From positions 32,001-96,000 of the IMG/VR virus record IMGVR_UViG_3300023176_005537: a DNA stretch of 64,000 nucleotides; one strand, 5' to 3'. The position numbers and the translations under genes were made by a program. The notes under the pieces are model-generated. The model did no database searches. It had not been told where the DNA came from and saw nothing but the letters and a program-made list of their open reading frames with translations. This document shows, in pieces, positions 46,293 to 55,738 of this stretch (its first letter is position 1; the number at the start of each line of letters is the position of its first letter). The stretch is from a virus.

Positions 46293-46965
46293 AAAAAGAA
46301 AAAAAGAGAACATGTACTTTACCAAGTTTCACGAACAGCAAATCATAAAGTACAACAATACAGAAGATATCAACGTTCGAAGCCGCATTTACAAGCAAGA
46401 TATCAAGCCAGTTTTCTCTGAAATGGTTGATAAAATTGTTTATACCTACCGATTCACAACCCTCCCCAACATTGATTCTCTCCGAGAAGAGTGCAAAGTC
46501 TGGTTGGTCACTATTTTAGAAAAGTTCCAACCTGAAAAGGGCCACAAAGCTTTTTCTTACTTTTCTGTGATCACCAAAAACTGGTTCATTCACGAAACCA
46601 AGAAGCACAAGAAAAAACTTAAAAAACATATTGTCATTGAAGATATTTATGAAGTTAAAGACCAACTGATCGTTGAAAATCAATATCATAAAAAAAGAGA
46701 AACCTCTGAATTTATGCTCCTTTTAGAAAAAGAAATCCAAGAATGGAAAAAAATGGATCTAAAAGAGCAAGAAGAACAACTTGTCAAAGCTATTGAGATT
46801 ATTTTCCGAGACATTGATTCAATCCCAATTTTTAATAAGAAAGCTATTTATCTATACCTTCGAGAAATCACTGGAATGAACACAAAGCAGTTAACTTCCA
46901 GCTTAACCAAGATTAGAAGAAGGTATAAAGACTTTAAACAAAGGTGGGATAACGGAGAACTCTAA
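46240..46965 (+). CDS. gp55-like phage sigma factor (late transcription)
   Basis: Sigma region-2-like EKFQPEKGHKAFSYFSVITKN; YFT N-terminus; no canonical region 4 seen. Confidence 0.6.
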   Translation: MNMPQPNKQQNQPKKRGRKRKKENMYFTKFHEQQIIKYNNTEDINVRSRIYKQDIKPVFSEMVDKIVYTYRFTTLPNIDSLREECKVWLVTILEKFQPEKGHKAFSYFSVITKNWFIHETKKHKKKLKKHIVIEDIYEVKDQLIVENQYHKKRETSEFMLLLEKEIQEWKKMDLKEQEEQLVKAIEIIFRDIDSIPIFNKKAIYLYLREITGMNTKQLTSSLTKIRRRYKDFKQRWDNGEL

Positions 46966-46966
46966 A

Positions 46967-47242
46967 ATGGATTACGATCAAAAGCTAGAAGAAGTCCTTG
47001 ATAACGTTAAAACTGACAGAGCAGCAATTAATTCTGTTTTGATTGATGCAATGGTTTACTTGAAAAAGAACGAAGAAAATCATAGCCGAGCAGGTATGGT
47101 TGTTGCAAAGTATTTTGAAGCACTTCAAAGGTCTAACGAGCAGTTGATCAAAGTTTTGACACTCCAAGAAAAAAAGCTGCGTCATGAAAACGACGATCTT
47201 TCCTCCGAAGAGCTTTATGATATGTTGGAAAGCGAAAAATAA
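46967..47242 (+). CDS. helical hypothetical protein
   Basis: 91 aa, GGAG RBS. Confidence 0.7.
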   Translation: MDYDQKLEEVLDNVKTDRAAINSVLIDAMVYLKKNEENHSRAGMVVAKYFEALQRSNEQLIKVLTLQEKKLRHENDDLSSEELYDMLESEK

Positions 47243-47253
47243 GGGGGCTTGTT

Positions 47254-48726
47254 GTGGCTGATGATTTTTATGACAAAGGCTCTGAGTTTGACACTCTAGG
47301 TTTTAATGATCTTTACTATGATGACAATCAAGCATTTGTTGAGATGCGTAAGTTCATCAGAGAAGCTGTTTATAAACCAAAGGGCATAATTTCCTCAAAT
47401 AACAGATATTCTGCTATTGTGTTAGCTCCAGATATTAATGGGGACGGCGCAGAAGCAACCGAATATTATCACGTTTATGTTCACGATATCCACGCAAACA
47501 AAAGAAATCCTCTAGAAATCGAGGTAAACAAAGATCTTTCAAAAGATCAAATAGAGAAGATCACCGCTCTTTTGATTTCTTCTGAGTTTAATGATTCACA
47601 GAGTTATGTTTTCAACCCTTCCAAGACACCGCTTAACAAAGGCGATGTTGTTGAGATAAAGTACGATGCAGTTGTTGGAGGTGTCCCAAGTCAAGGTAGG
47701 GTTGTTTCTGTTGTTGGAACTGGTGTTCCTCCCGGAGCGCAAGGCGCTTTGTCTTTTAGTACAACGGTTGACGTTCGTGCATTGGCGCAAAAAACAAGAC
47801 AAAAAACAAGGCTCTCCTCGTTAAAAACTAGCAGTGATGACTGTGAAAAAAATTCCATTAGAAAAGGAGATCAGATTAACTCTTACATTTTTAATTACGA
47901 TGGAGAGATTAGACACTTTGATTATTCTTGCAAGCCTTGCAACCAGAAAATAAGAGAAGCTGCTATTTCTATGCGGAACAGGATCGCAAGGACAAAAAAT
48001 AAATCTCTTTGGAAAGACAAACAATTTGAGCAAAGAATTAGATCAATAATGGACTCTGGTTTTGGTGGTGGAAAGTTTTATCCTTATATGTTTGGCGGGG
48101 TTCAAAAGTACACAAACCCCGGAAGATATAAGCAACCTAACAATATTTCTGGAATTTTAAAAGCGACAGGAAAAGGTTTTACAAAAGACGGATATTTCAA
48201 CAACTATTCCAATTTAATGACAACTGATGGAACAGGTATTTTCAAAGATGGTACATTTGATTGCTCTGGAATTCCTGCTTGGCTTGCTTTTGAGTTGGGT
48301 TTTATTCTTGGGTTAAGGAGTTATGACGCAAAAAGAAGTCCAAAAACTTATGATAAAGTTGCTTGGGAATACGGAAGGGGTTCTCATTCTCAAACCCTAT
48401 ACGCACTAAATTTTGGCTTGGATATCACCATTGAGCAGTTCGCATACACCCCCGGCGCTTGTGTTTTTTATGTTAGAAATAGTAGTCGGGGAAAATATGG
48501 ACATGTTGCTGTGTCGGCTGGCAAAGGATTTAAAAAATCAGGAACTAAATACAAAATAGAAACATATGAAGCAATGTTCTTCCAATATAAAACAAAATTA
48601 GCAACAAGAACTTTTTACTCTTTGAACAAGAGAGGAACACGAGCAAAACACAGAAAAGACGTAGTGGTTTTTGGCATACCAATCACATTTGCTTTAGCAG
48701 ATCAGTTTGGATTTTGGGATAGATAA
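47254..48726 (+). CDS. baseplate hub-like protein with C-terminal NlpC/P60/CHAP-type peptidase
   Basis: N-terminal OB-like P..GDVV; FDCSG...GHVA catalytic pattern; tail-gene context. Confidence 0.6.
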   Translation: MADDFYDKGSEFDTLGFNDLYYDDNQAFVEMRKFIREAVYKPKGIISSNNRYSAIVLAPDINGDGAEATEYYHVYVHDIHANKRNPLEIEVNKDLSKDQIEKITALLISSEFNDSQSYVFNPSKTPLNKGDVVEIKYDAVVGGVPSQGRVVSVVGTGVPPGAQGALSFSTTVDVRALAQKTRQKTRLSSLKTSSDDCEKNSIRKGDQINSYIFNYDGEIRHFDYSCKPCNQKIREAAISMRNRIARTKNKSLWKDKQFEQRIRSIMDSGFGGGKFYPYMFGGVQKYTNPGRYKQPNNISGILKATGKGFTKDGYFNNYSNLMTTDGTGIFKDGTFDCSGIPAWLAFELGFILGLRSYDAKRSPKTYDKVAWEYGRGSHSQTLYALNFGLDITIEQFAYTPGACVFYVRNSSRGKYGHVAVSAGKGFKKSGTKYKIETYEAMFFQYKTKLATRTFYSLNKRGTRAKHRKDVVVFGIPITFALADQFGFWDR

Positions 48727-48728
48727 AA

Positions 48729-49724
48729 ATGACAATCAGCGCAAGTAAACCTTCACAAGGTGCAAAAAGATTAAATACAGATAAAGATGCTTTGAGTACG
48801 GATCAGTTAAAAGAGATGAATAATCTGAATCCAAGTTTGCGAAAAGCTAGAATGCTAGGTGTGGGCGGCTCTCAAATGCTTGTCCCAAAACCAGAGTATA
48901 TCAAGGCAGATGGGGATATTATACTAGACAGTAAGAACTCTAATGCCTCAATAGTGGTAGGGAAAGATAGACCCTCTGGGCTAACATCAGGGTATGGAGG
49001 CTTAGGACATCAAAAATCTTCTACAATTGACATTGTCGCAGGCAGGATATCTCAATTTGCTAAAACAACAATTAGACAAGGTGGTGGCCCCGAAAGAAGA
49101 GTGTTTGCAGACCCTAACTTTCGGTATGATGCTTCTAGGATTTATATATCAGAGAAGACAGATATTGATCAAAACTTTGGGATAGTAAAGACTGATAATT
49201 TTAACACAGCACCTAGCATTACAGGCCGTCCCGCTATCGGTATGAAAGCGGATTTGGTTCGAATTGTTGGCGACGAAGGAATCAAGCTAGTCACGGGTGT
49301 ATACAACAAAGGTGATAAAACACCGGCAGGCATTCAACTGATTGCTCAAAATGCAGACAAGGGAGTTTTAGAGGTGCAGCCGTTTGTTAAAGGCAAGAAC
49401 TTTCTCCAAAGTTATTATCAAATGTATAAGAATGTTCTAATATTAAATGGGCTTTTGCAAGAGTTTGTTAATTATCAAATTTCATTTAATAGGATAGTTT
49501 CAAATCATACCCACTTTTCAAGCGCTCCGGGTGCTCCAACTACGCCTCCCGGTGTTATGACGATTGAGGCTTTTGTTAACTTGTCGTTAAGGTTGAATAA
49601 ACAAATAGAAAATATAGGAACAAGGTTGGAACAGCAAGTTGATAACCTAACCAATTGGGAACAAATCTGGACAAATCCGAAAGAAGAGACATTCTTGCTT
49701 TCAAGGTTTAATGGGACAAACTAA
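48729..49724 (+). CDS. baseplate central spike-like protein
   Basis: Beta-repeat-like middle; NHTH (HxH) near the C-terminus; context. Confidence 0.55.
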   Translation: MTISASKPSQGAKRLNTDKDALSTDQLKEMNNLNPSLRKARMLGVGGSQMLVPKPEYIKADGDIILDSKNSNASIVVGKDRPSGLTSGYGGLGHQKSSTIDIVAGRISQFAKTTIRQGGGPERRVFADPNFRYDASRIYISEKTDIDQNFGIVKTDNFNTAPSITGRPAIGMKADLVRIVGDEGIKLVTGVYNKGDKTPAGIQLIAQNADKGVLEVQPFVKGKNFLQSYYQMYKNVLILNGLLQEFVNYQISFNRIVSNHTHFSSAPGAPTTPPGVMTIEAFVNLSLRLNKQIENIGTRLEQQVDNLTNWEQIWTNPKEETFLLSRFNGTN

Positions 49725-52700
49725 TGGCAAATTACAGTTTTCAAGAATTTGATCGCTTGGCAATAGATAATATTGAAAAGATTTCTTCCTTCGTATATTA
49801 TTTGACAGACAGCAGTAAAGAGGCCGATTGGAGAAAAATATATAATACTATTGGCGATCCTGCTAATAACAAAGAATATGTTCGCTCTCTTTTTGAAAAG
49901 GAAGCTGATCTTTCGAAGTATATTTCGCTTTTGAAGTCTTTGAGTTCTTTCTCATACAATCTTACTGGCCCAGACAGATCAATTTTCAGAGAATATATTA
50001 AATATCTAGATAATTTTTTGTCTAAAAAAGTCCAAGAAAGACAAAAAAGAGAAAAAGAAAGAAAGATTAAAGATGCATATAATGAATTAGACGAGATTGA
50101 TGCTCAAACGAGAGGTGAAAAGAAAGCTATTAAAGAGCTTAAAAAGATCCAGAAAAAGCAAAATAACAAAATTTTAAAAACAGCAGAGATAGCAAGGCAA
50201 GAAAAAGATGAGATCAACAACTATATCAATACCTATATTGATCAATTTTATAAAGCATCTTTAAGATTTAAAAATAACAATCAAAAAGTTGGCAACTTCT
50301 TTACTTCAAATTATAAAAATTTGAAATCAGACTTCACAAGAGAAGTTATGTCCTCTTCTGGTTATAAACAAGTAAATGCTTTTTATGGTGATTATGTAAG
50401 AAAGTTCAATATTGATAATTTGGCAGGTGATGCCATCAGATGTTTGACAAAAAACATTGCTTTCAGTGAGATTAAAGAAGTTTTTGAACAAAAACAGAAA
50501 GAAATTAATGATTTTATAAAAAACACAGATCAACTTATAACTGAAAGCTTGAATATAGCAGATAAAGCCTTGGGCATCACAGAAGAGGGTTTTGATTTTG
50601 CTAGCAAATATATTGTCAATTATTCAAATTCTAAAAAAACTTTAAGAATGGCTCCAATTAGAACAATAAATGATGTTCGCGTCAATAGAAAAAGAAATCA
50701 ATTTTTAAATGCAATTGTTCCAATCATAGTGACAGCAGCAACTAAGACAATCGATGTTATTGTTAACAATGTCTGTGACGAAGATGAAGTTGGTACGTTC
50801 TCTTTTGATGATATCCCTGAACTCAAAGAAGAATTAAGAAGACAGTTCGGGCTAGATTCGGATACTTTGGATGATTTTATAGGTCTTTTGGCAGATCTTT
50901 CTTCATTTTTAACAAAGATTGAGATTTGCTCCCTGTTTGAAGGAGCGGCAGAAGAGCAAGTAGTAGAGTCTGTTATCTTTTATATTGAAGCATTTTATCC
51001 AAACATTGCTTTGTATTTAAACACAGAAGAAAAAGTTAAAAACCTTTTTGTATATTTAGGAAATATCTTACCAGAAAGAGAGGAGTTGTGTGCCGATGTG
51101 GCAGTTGCATCGCTTGGGGATGATCCTTGTCTGGACCCTGACAGTTACGCTGGAAAATTGCGACCTTGCGTTTTTCAAAGGGATAAAAACAAACTTAAAT
51201 CTCTTAGAAAAGATTACATAAAAAATAAAAAAGAGGGTTTAGCAAGGGCAATTGAGATTGCCTATTTCCCAAAAGAAATGAGAGCAAATCAGCAAGAAAT
51301 CCAAAAGCTTTTGGAAAGAGAAGAACAAAGAAGAAAAGAAAGAAACTTGCTTTCGATTGTGGATGGTTATGAAACCTACTATAGAGACGGAATAGATAGC
51401 TATAAAAAGTATTATAACTTTAATTTCAACTACAACGAAGATGCAGAGCCTTTTTTAAATTCAATATTTAGGCAGTTAACTGGTTCTGATGATGCTGCTC
51501 AAGAGGATATCAATAGGATAAAGAATTCTTTAATTAAGTCTTATGAAAAAGGCATTTCTAAGATAAGCAAGCAAATCAATCCGCAGTTGGAAAAGAACAT
51601 TCTTTTAAGCGAAGGTGAGATTGGCATCGGATTATCATCCGATGGGCAATATGAATACGCCGTGTTGAAGAAATATGGAAACTTTGCAGAAAGCTCTAGA
51701 GCATTATTATATTATGTTGATGTGTTTAAAGCGGTCGACAAAGGAGCAGATCCGAAAAGATATTTTTACAATCCGGATTTAAAAGTTCCATACTATGGAA
51801 AGGAGTATGCCTACTCTTACACTCCGTTTGAAAAAAAGAGAAGAAATAGGAGCCGGTTTACTGAAATTAGCAGCTTAATTGCAATCAATGATAAAAATAA
51901 ACCATACAGTCCAATTCCCTTCGGGTTTAAAAATGAAGTTATGCTAGAGCAGAAAAAAGATGATATCAAGGAAGGAAATTCATTTACAAATTACTTGTAC
52001 AACTCTCTTGGTATTGACTATGGTAAGGTAGGGAGAGATGATCCAAACTCTTTGAGAGATGAAAAATACAAAAGAGAATTGCACACGACATATAATCAGT
52101 TGGCAAAGATTTGTTACAACAGTGTTTATTCTAGAAAAGTTCCTGTTGCCGCATCAAACAATTCCTTTGATTCGTCGAAGATTTCGTCATATGATGTTAT
52201 TCCACCTTACTATCCGGCAGATGATGGAAGCTTCTGTGGGAGATTGTTTTCATCACCATCCGGCTCTTTGAAATATAAAGAGTTGGTGAACTTCAAAGAA
52301 GAAGCTAGAATTGTTGCTGGGGTTGACATTTTTGATTACTACAAACCAGCAGCAAATGAAATTATTGATGAAGAGTTGGAAAGAGAAAGGTATTTAGACC
52401 TTTTGTTGAAGTTCAAGCTTCAGGTGGCTAGTTTTGTTTTAAAGTCAATTCACGTCTTTTCCCAGTTTAATTTTGAAGAAGTTGATGTAGATGATATGAT
52501 GAAAGATTTCATTTACATTCAAATGTTCAGAAATTTAATCTTCAAAGATGCACTGGGATCGCAAAAAAGTTTTGATTATTTAAGATTGACACAACCTGAA
52601 AAGCAAGAGTTTCTAAAAAAGATAAGATATTTTGATTTTGCACCAGAGTTTGTCGACAAGATTGAAAAAGAAATTGATGATATAAAACAAAAAATATCCG

Positions 52701-55351
52701 GTCAAGCTTTTATCGATCAAGAAAAAGCTAGAAAACAATTAGGGGAAGCTATCACACAAAACAATTATCTGTACAAGATAGCGGAAAAAGAAGGGTACTT
52801 CGACAACCCGTTTGAAGAATTTAAAATCTCTGATAAATCAAAAGTTTTTAGATATCGAAATCCAGATCCGAGAGCAGTAGGTACTATCGCCATTATATCG
52901 CCTAGATATAACGGAACAATAGCAGACGCAAATTATAGCTTTCGGAAAAAATATCCCTCTCTCCGCGGAGAGACGCCTAATAGGCCGGCAATAATAAGAT
53001 TATTTGAGCTAATCAATCAAAGCTTTGAAAATGCTAAAAGCTCTTTATCTAATTTGAATTTAAAAGAAAGAGAACGGCAAAATCTTTTTCAGCAAGAGGA
53101 TTTTTTAAATGCTTTGGCTGAAAGGTTTAAGCAACTTGATGTTTCCAAGATTTCAATATCTGGAACAAACAATGGTGAAAAGCTAATTGTGAATGATGCG
53201 TATGACATCACAAAAGTTCTTTTGCACCATCACAATAAAGTTGAAAAGCTAACGCAAGAAACTAATTTCTGCATTGCTATAAGAAATCTTATAGCAGTAG
53301 AAATTTCAAGAATTTCCAAGCGACTTAAAGAGATTATATACCCGGAAGAGATTAAAGATCGCTCTGTGTTTTCAATTGATGAGAGATTTTTAGAAGAAAA
53401 GTTGAATTTCATTAAATTAGATTACAACAATCGGGAAAGCTACGAACTAATGCTTAAGCGGGGCTTGACAGAGTTTTTAAAAGAAGCGGTTTCTTATCAG
53501 TTTCCTTATTTTGAGAATTTAGATACTGCTGAAAAGTATGTTAAAGAGGAATTGAAAAGAAACATCGACAGTCAATTAGGAAGAAACTATTTTCTTGTCA
53601 CAACGATCAGTTATAGTCAAAAGACAGCAGGAAAGTTTAAAGTTTCTGTCCGGAAGGCTTTCCCGTTTGAAGAAACAACTTTTAACCAATCTGGCTTTAA
53701 AGATGTGGACGGGTTCAGATTTGTGGTACCGCTAGATATTAATAAAGACTCAGACAATCAACCATACAATGCACACGATTTAGAAGAAAATCTTTTAATT
53801 GAAGATGTTTTTGGAAAGAATTCTTATTTTAAACTTAAAAGAAAAACCTTTGATAAAGGTTCGAACAAAAAGTTCGAAGATGTGTTTTACACATTCTCTG
53901 AATATCCAAACAGCAGTGTTGGTGGTTTTTTTGAAAAGTGGAAAAACCTAGAAGGCACTGATGTTTCTTTCTTTGGCTCTTTCTTTAGGTCGCGGTCGTA
54001 CAAACAATCTTTTGAATTAGGGGAAAGCAACAATCCAACAACAAATTACGAATACCAGCCGCCTATTGTTTTAAAGGCAAATTATCCCAAAGATAAGAAA
54101 GAATCTGAGGAGCAATTGGAGCAATTCCTTGCCAAAAAAGCGGATAAATCTTTGGAATATGTTGCGAAATTAAATAATATTTCTAATTCTAGAAGTTTCA
54201 TAATTGAAAAGAAGCCGATTTATCAAAAAGAATATGATTCTGACATTCTCCAAAATGGAACTTTGAGAAGGAATTATGAAAAAAAGTATGGAAAAGTTCG
54301 AAACAATTTGAATATTGAAGATTACTTTCACTACTGTGTTAAAGAAGAATTTTTGAAAGACATAAAGAAAGACATATTCACGAATCAATATGGTTATGTG
54401 TTTGAAGAAGCGTTACCAATTAGGAAATACCTTTCACACATTGCTGTGAATTTAAACCTACACACAGATCATATCAACAATGTTATAAAAGATTTAAACT
54501 CCGATGTGTTTAGTCTGAACTATGTTGATCCCTTGCAAAGAGCAAATAACATTATTGATTTAAAAGTGGGCCAAATTAACTACCTAACAGACCGCGATAT
54601 ACAATATATCAAGTCAGTCAATTGGGATCAAGTCGGAGTAGAAGTGGGTAAACAATTGTTTGACTTTGCTCTTTTTACTTTGAAAAGTAAAATTAAATCA
54701 TTTATGAATGATGTTGAAATGAAAGAGCAACATGTCGCTTTTGGAGCAAAGACCGCTCGCGATCTTGGGTTGGTAGTGAGAAAATATTTTCAAGCAGCCA
54801 ATCAAATAGAATCGGGTGTTAGGAAAGTTGGTTCTCTTTTCGGAGCAGATATACCAGATAGAGTACCAACTCAACAACAATTAATCTCTAAAAATAAAGC
54901 ATTTAAATACCTGTTCAACCCGCCGGTAGCTCCTTTTGCGATTACAAACGCAGCTTTGGGACCACCTCCTTTGAATGTGGTTGATTTTGTTCTATATATT
55001 ATATTTGAATCGATTTTGATTGGCCTAGATCTAACACAGGAGCAGGTAGAGAAACTTAAAAACCAATTGTTCGACATCCCAGAAGGGCAGATTTCATTTT
55101 TGAAAGCGCCAGAAGAAAATTTCCAAAAAGCGTGTAAAGATCTTTTAGGAAAGTATTTATTAAAGAACCCAAGAGTGTCAGACGGGGTCACCAAAGGCGG
55201 TGAATATATAACACCTGATGGTAAAAACTATAGGGGTGAATACCACATACACAAAGATGGCACTGTGATGGTTGGAAAAGATCACAAAGAAGTCGAAGAA
55301 AACATTGTTCTGACAAAAGTTGTGAAAAGGGACGATATAGAAGATGCCTAA
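49724..55351 (+). CDS. large (1875 aa) putative virion structural protein
   Basis: Located between spike and gp25; C-terminal YRGEYHIHKDG..MVG motif. Confidence 0.6.
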   Translation: MANYSFQEFDRLAIDNIEKISSFVYYLTDSSKEADWRKIYNTIGDPANNKEYVRSLFEKEADLSKYISLLKSLSSFSYNLTGPDRSIFREYIKYLDNFLSKKVQERQKREKERKIKDAYNELDEIDAQTRGEKKAIKELKKIQKKQNNKILKTAEIARQEKDEINNYINTYIDQFYKASLRFKNNNQKVGNFFTSNYKNLKSDFTREVMSSSGYKQVNAFYGDYVRKFNIDNLAGDAIRCLTKNIAFSEIKEVFEQKQKEINDFIKNTDQLITESLNIADKALGITEEGFDFASKYIVNYSNSKKTLRMAPIRTINDVRVNRKRNQFLNAIVPIIVTAATKTIDVIVNNVCDEDEVGTFSFDDIPELKEELRRQFGLDSDTLDDFIGLLADLSSFLTKIEICSLFEGAAEEQVVESVIFYIEAFYPNIALYLNTEEKVKNLFVYLGNILPEREELCADVAVASLGDDPCLDPDSYAGKLRPCVFQRDKNKLKSLRKDYIKNKKEGLARAIEIAYFPKEMRANQQEIQKLLEREEQRRKERNLLSIVDGYETYYRDGIDSYKKYYNFNFNYNEDAEPFLNSIFRQLTGSDDAAQEDINRIKNSLIKSYEKGISKISKQINPQLEKNILLSEGEIGIGLSSDGQYEYAVLKKYGNFAESSRALLYYVDVFKAVDKGADPKRYFYNPDLKVPYYGKEYAYSYTPFEKKRRNRSRFTEISSLIAINDKNKPYSPIPFGFKNEVMLEQKKDDIKEGNSFTNYLYNSLGIDYGKVGRDDPNSLRDEKYKRELHTTYNQLAKICYNSVYSRKVPVAASNNSFDSSKISSYDVIPPYYPADDGSFCGRLFSSPSGSLKYKELVNFKEEARIVAGVDIFDYYKPAANEIIDEELERERYLDLLLKFKLQVASFVLKSIHVFSQFNFEEVDVDDMMKDFIYIQMFRNLIFKDALGSQKSFDYLRLTQPEKQEFLKKIRYFDFAPEFVDKIEKEIDDIKQKISGQAFIDQEKARKQLGEAITQNNYLYKIAEKEGYFDNPFEEFKISDKSKVFRYRNPDPRAVGTIAIISPRYNGTIADANYSFRKKYPSLRGETPNRPAIIRLFELINQSFENAKSSLSNLNLKERERQNLFQQEDFLNALAERFKQLDVSKISISGTNNGEKLIVNDAYDITKVLLHHHNKVEKLTQETNFCIAIRNLIAVEISRISKRLKEIIYPEEIKDRSVFSIDERFLEEKLNFIKLDYNNRESYELMLKRGLTEFLKEAVSYQFPYFENLDTAEKYVKEELKRNIDSQLGRNYFLVTTISYSQKTAGKFKVSVRKAFPFEETTFNQSGFKDVDGFRFVVPLDINKDSDNQPYNAHDLEENLLIEDVFGKNSYFKLKRKTFDKGSNKKFEDVFYTFSEYPNSSVGGFFEKWKNLEGTDVSFFGSFFRSRSYKQSFELGESNNPTTNYEYQPPIVLKANYPKDKKESEEQLEQFLAKKADKSLEYVAKLNNISNSRSFIIEKKPIYQKEYDSDILQNGTLRRNYEKKYGKVRNNLNIEDYFHYCVKEEFLKDIKKDIFTNQYGYVFEEALPIRKYLSHIAVNLNLHTDHINNVIKDLNSDVFSLNYVDPLQRANNIIDLKVGQINYLTDRDIQYIKSVNWDQVGVEVGKQLFDFALFTLKSKIKSFMNDVEMKEQHVAFGAKTARDLGLVVRKYFQAANQIESGVRKVGSLFGADIPDRVPTQQQLISKNKAFKYLFNPPVAPFAITNAALGPPPLNVVDFVLYIIFESILIGLDLTQEQVEKLKNQLFDIPEGQISFLKAPEENFQKACKDLLGKYLLKNPRVSDGVTKGGEYITPDGKNYRGEYHIHKDGTVMVGKDHKEVEENIVLTKVVKRDDIEDA

Positions 55352-55727
55352 ATACACTCCAAAACTACCTCTACTGCCTGATAAAACACAGCCGGGGTTT
55401 GAACACATTGAAGAAATCAGAGATTTAGCAAGGCAAAATCTAAAAATGGTTTTGCTAACAAATCCCGGAGAAAGAGTTATGATTCCAGAGTTTGGGGTTG
55501 GCTTATCTGGTATGTTGTTTGAGAACTTTTCTGACAAAGATATGCTCTTAGATTTTGAAGGAAGGATAATAGAACAAGTTAATAGCTATCTTCCTTATGT
55601 TGATTTGGAAGAAGTTAGTTTTGACTTGGTTGAAACAGATAGAAATAAGATTTTTGTTCAAGTTACATATTCCATTCCAGAGATTGATCTGGTGGATTCT
55701 GTCTCTATTGGATTAGCAGAAGAATAA
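55344..55727 (+). CDS. gp25-like baseplate wedge/sheath initiator
   Basis: QNLKMVLLTNPGERVMIPEFG...YLPYV. Confidence 0.9.
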   Translation: MPKYTPKLPLLPDKTQPGFEHIEEIRDLARQNLKMVLLTNPGERVMIPEFGVGLSGMLFENFSDKDMLLDFEGRIIEQVNSYLPYVDLEEVSFDLVETDRNKIFVQVTYSIPEIDLVDSVSIGLAEE

Positions 55728-55738
55728 GGAAACAAAAA

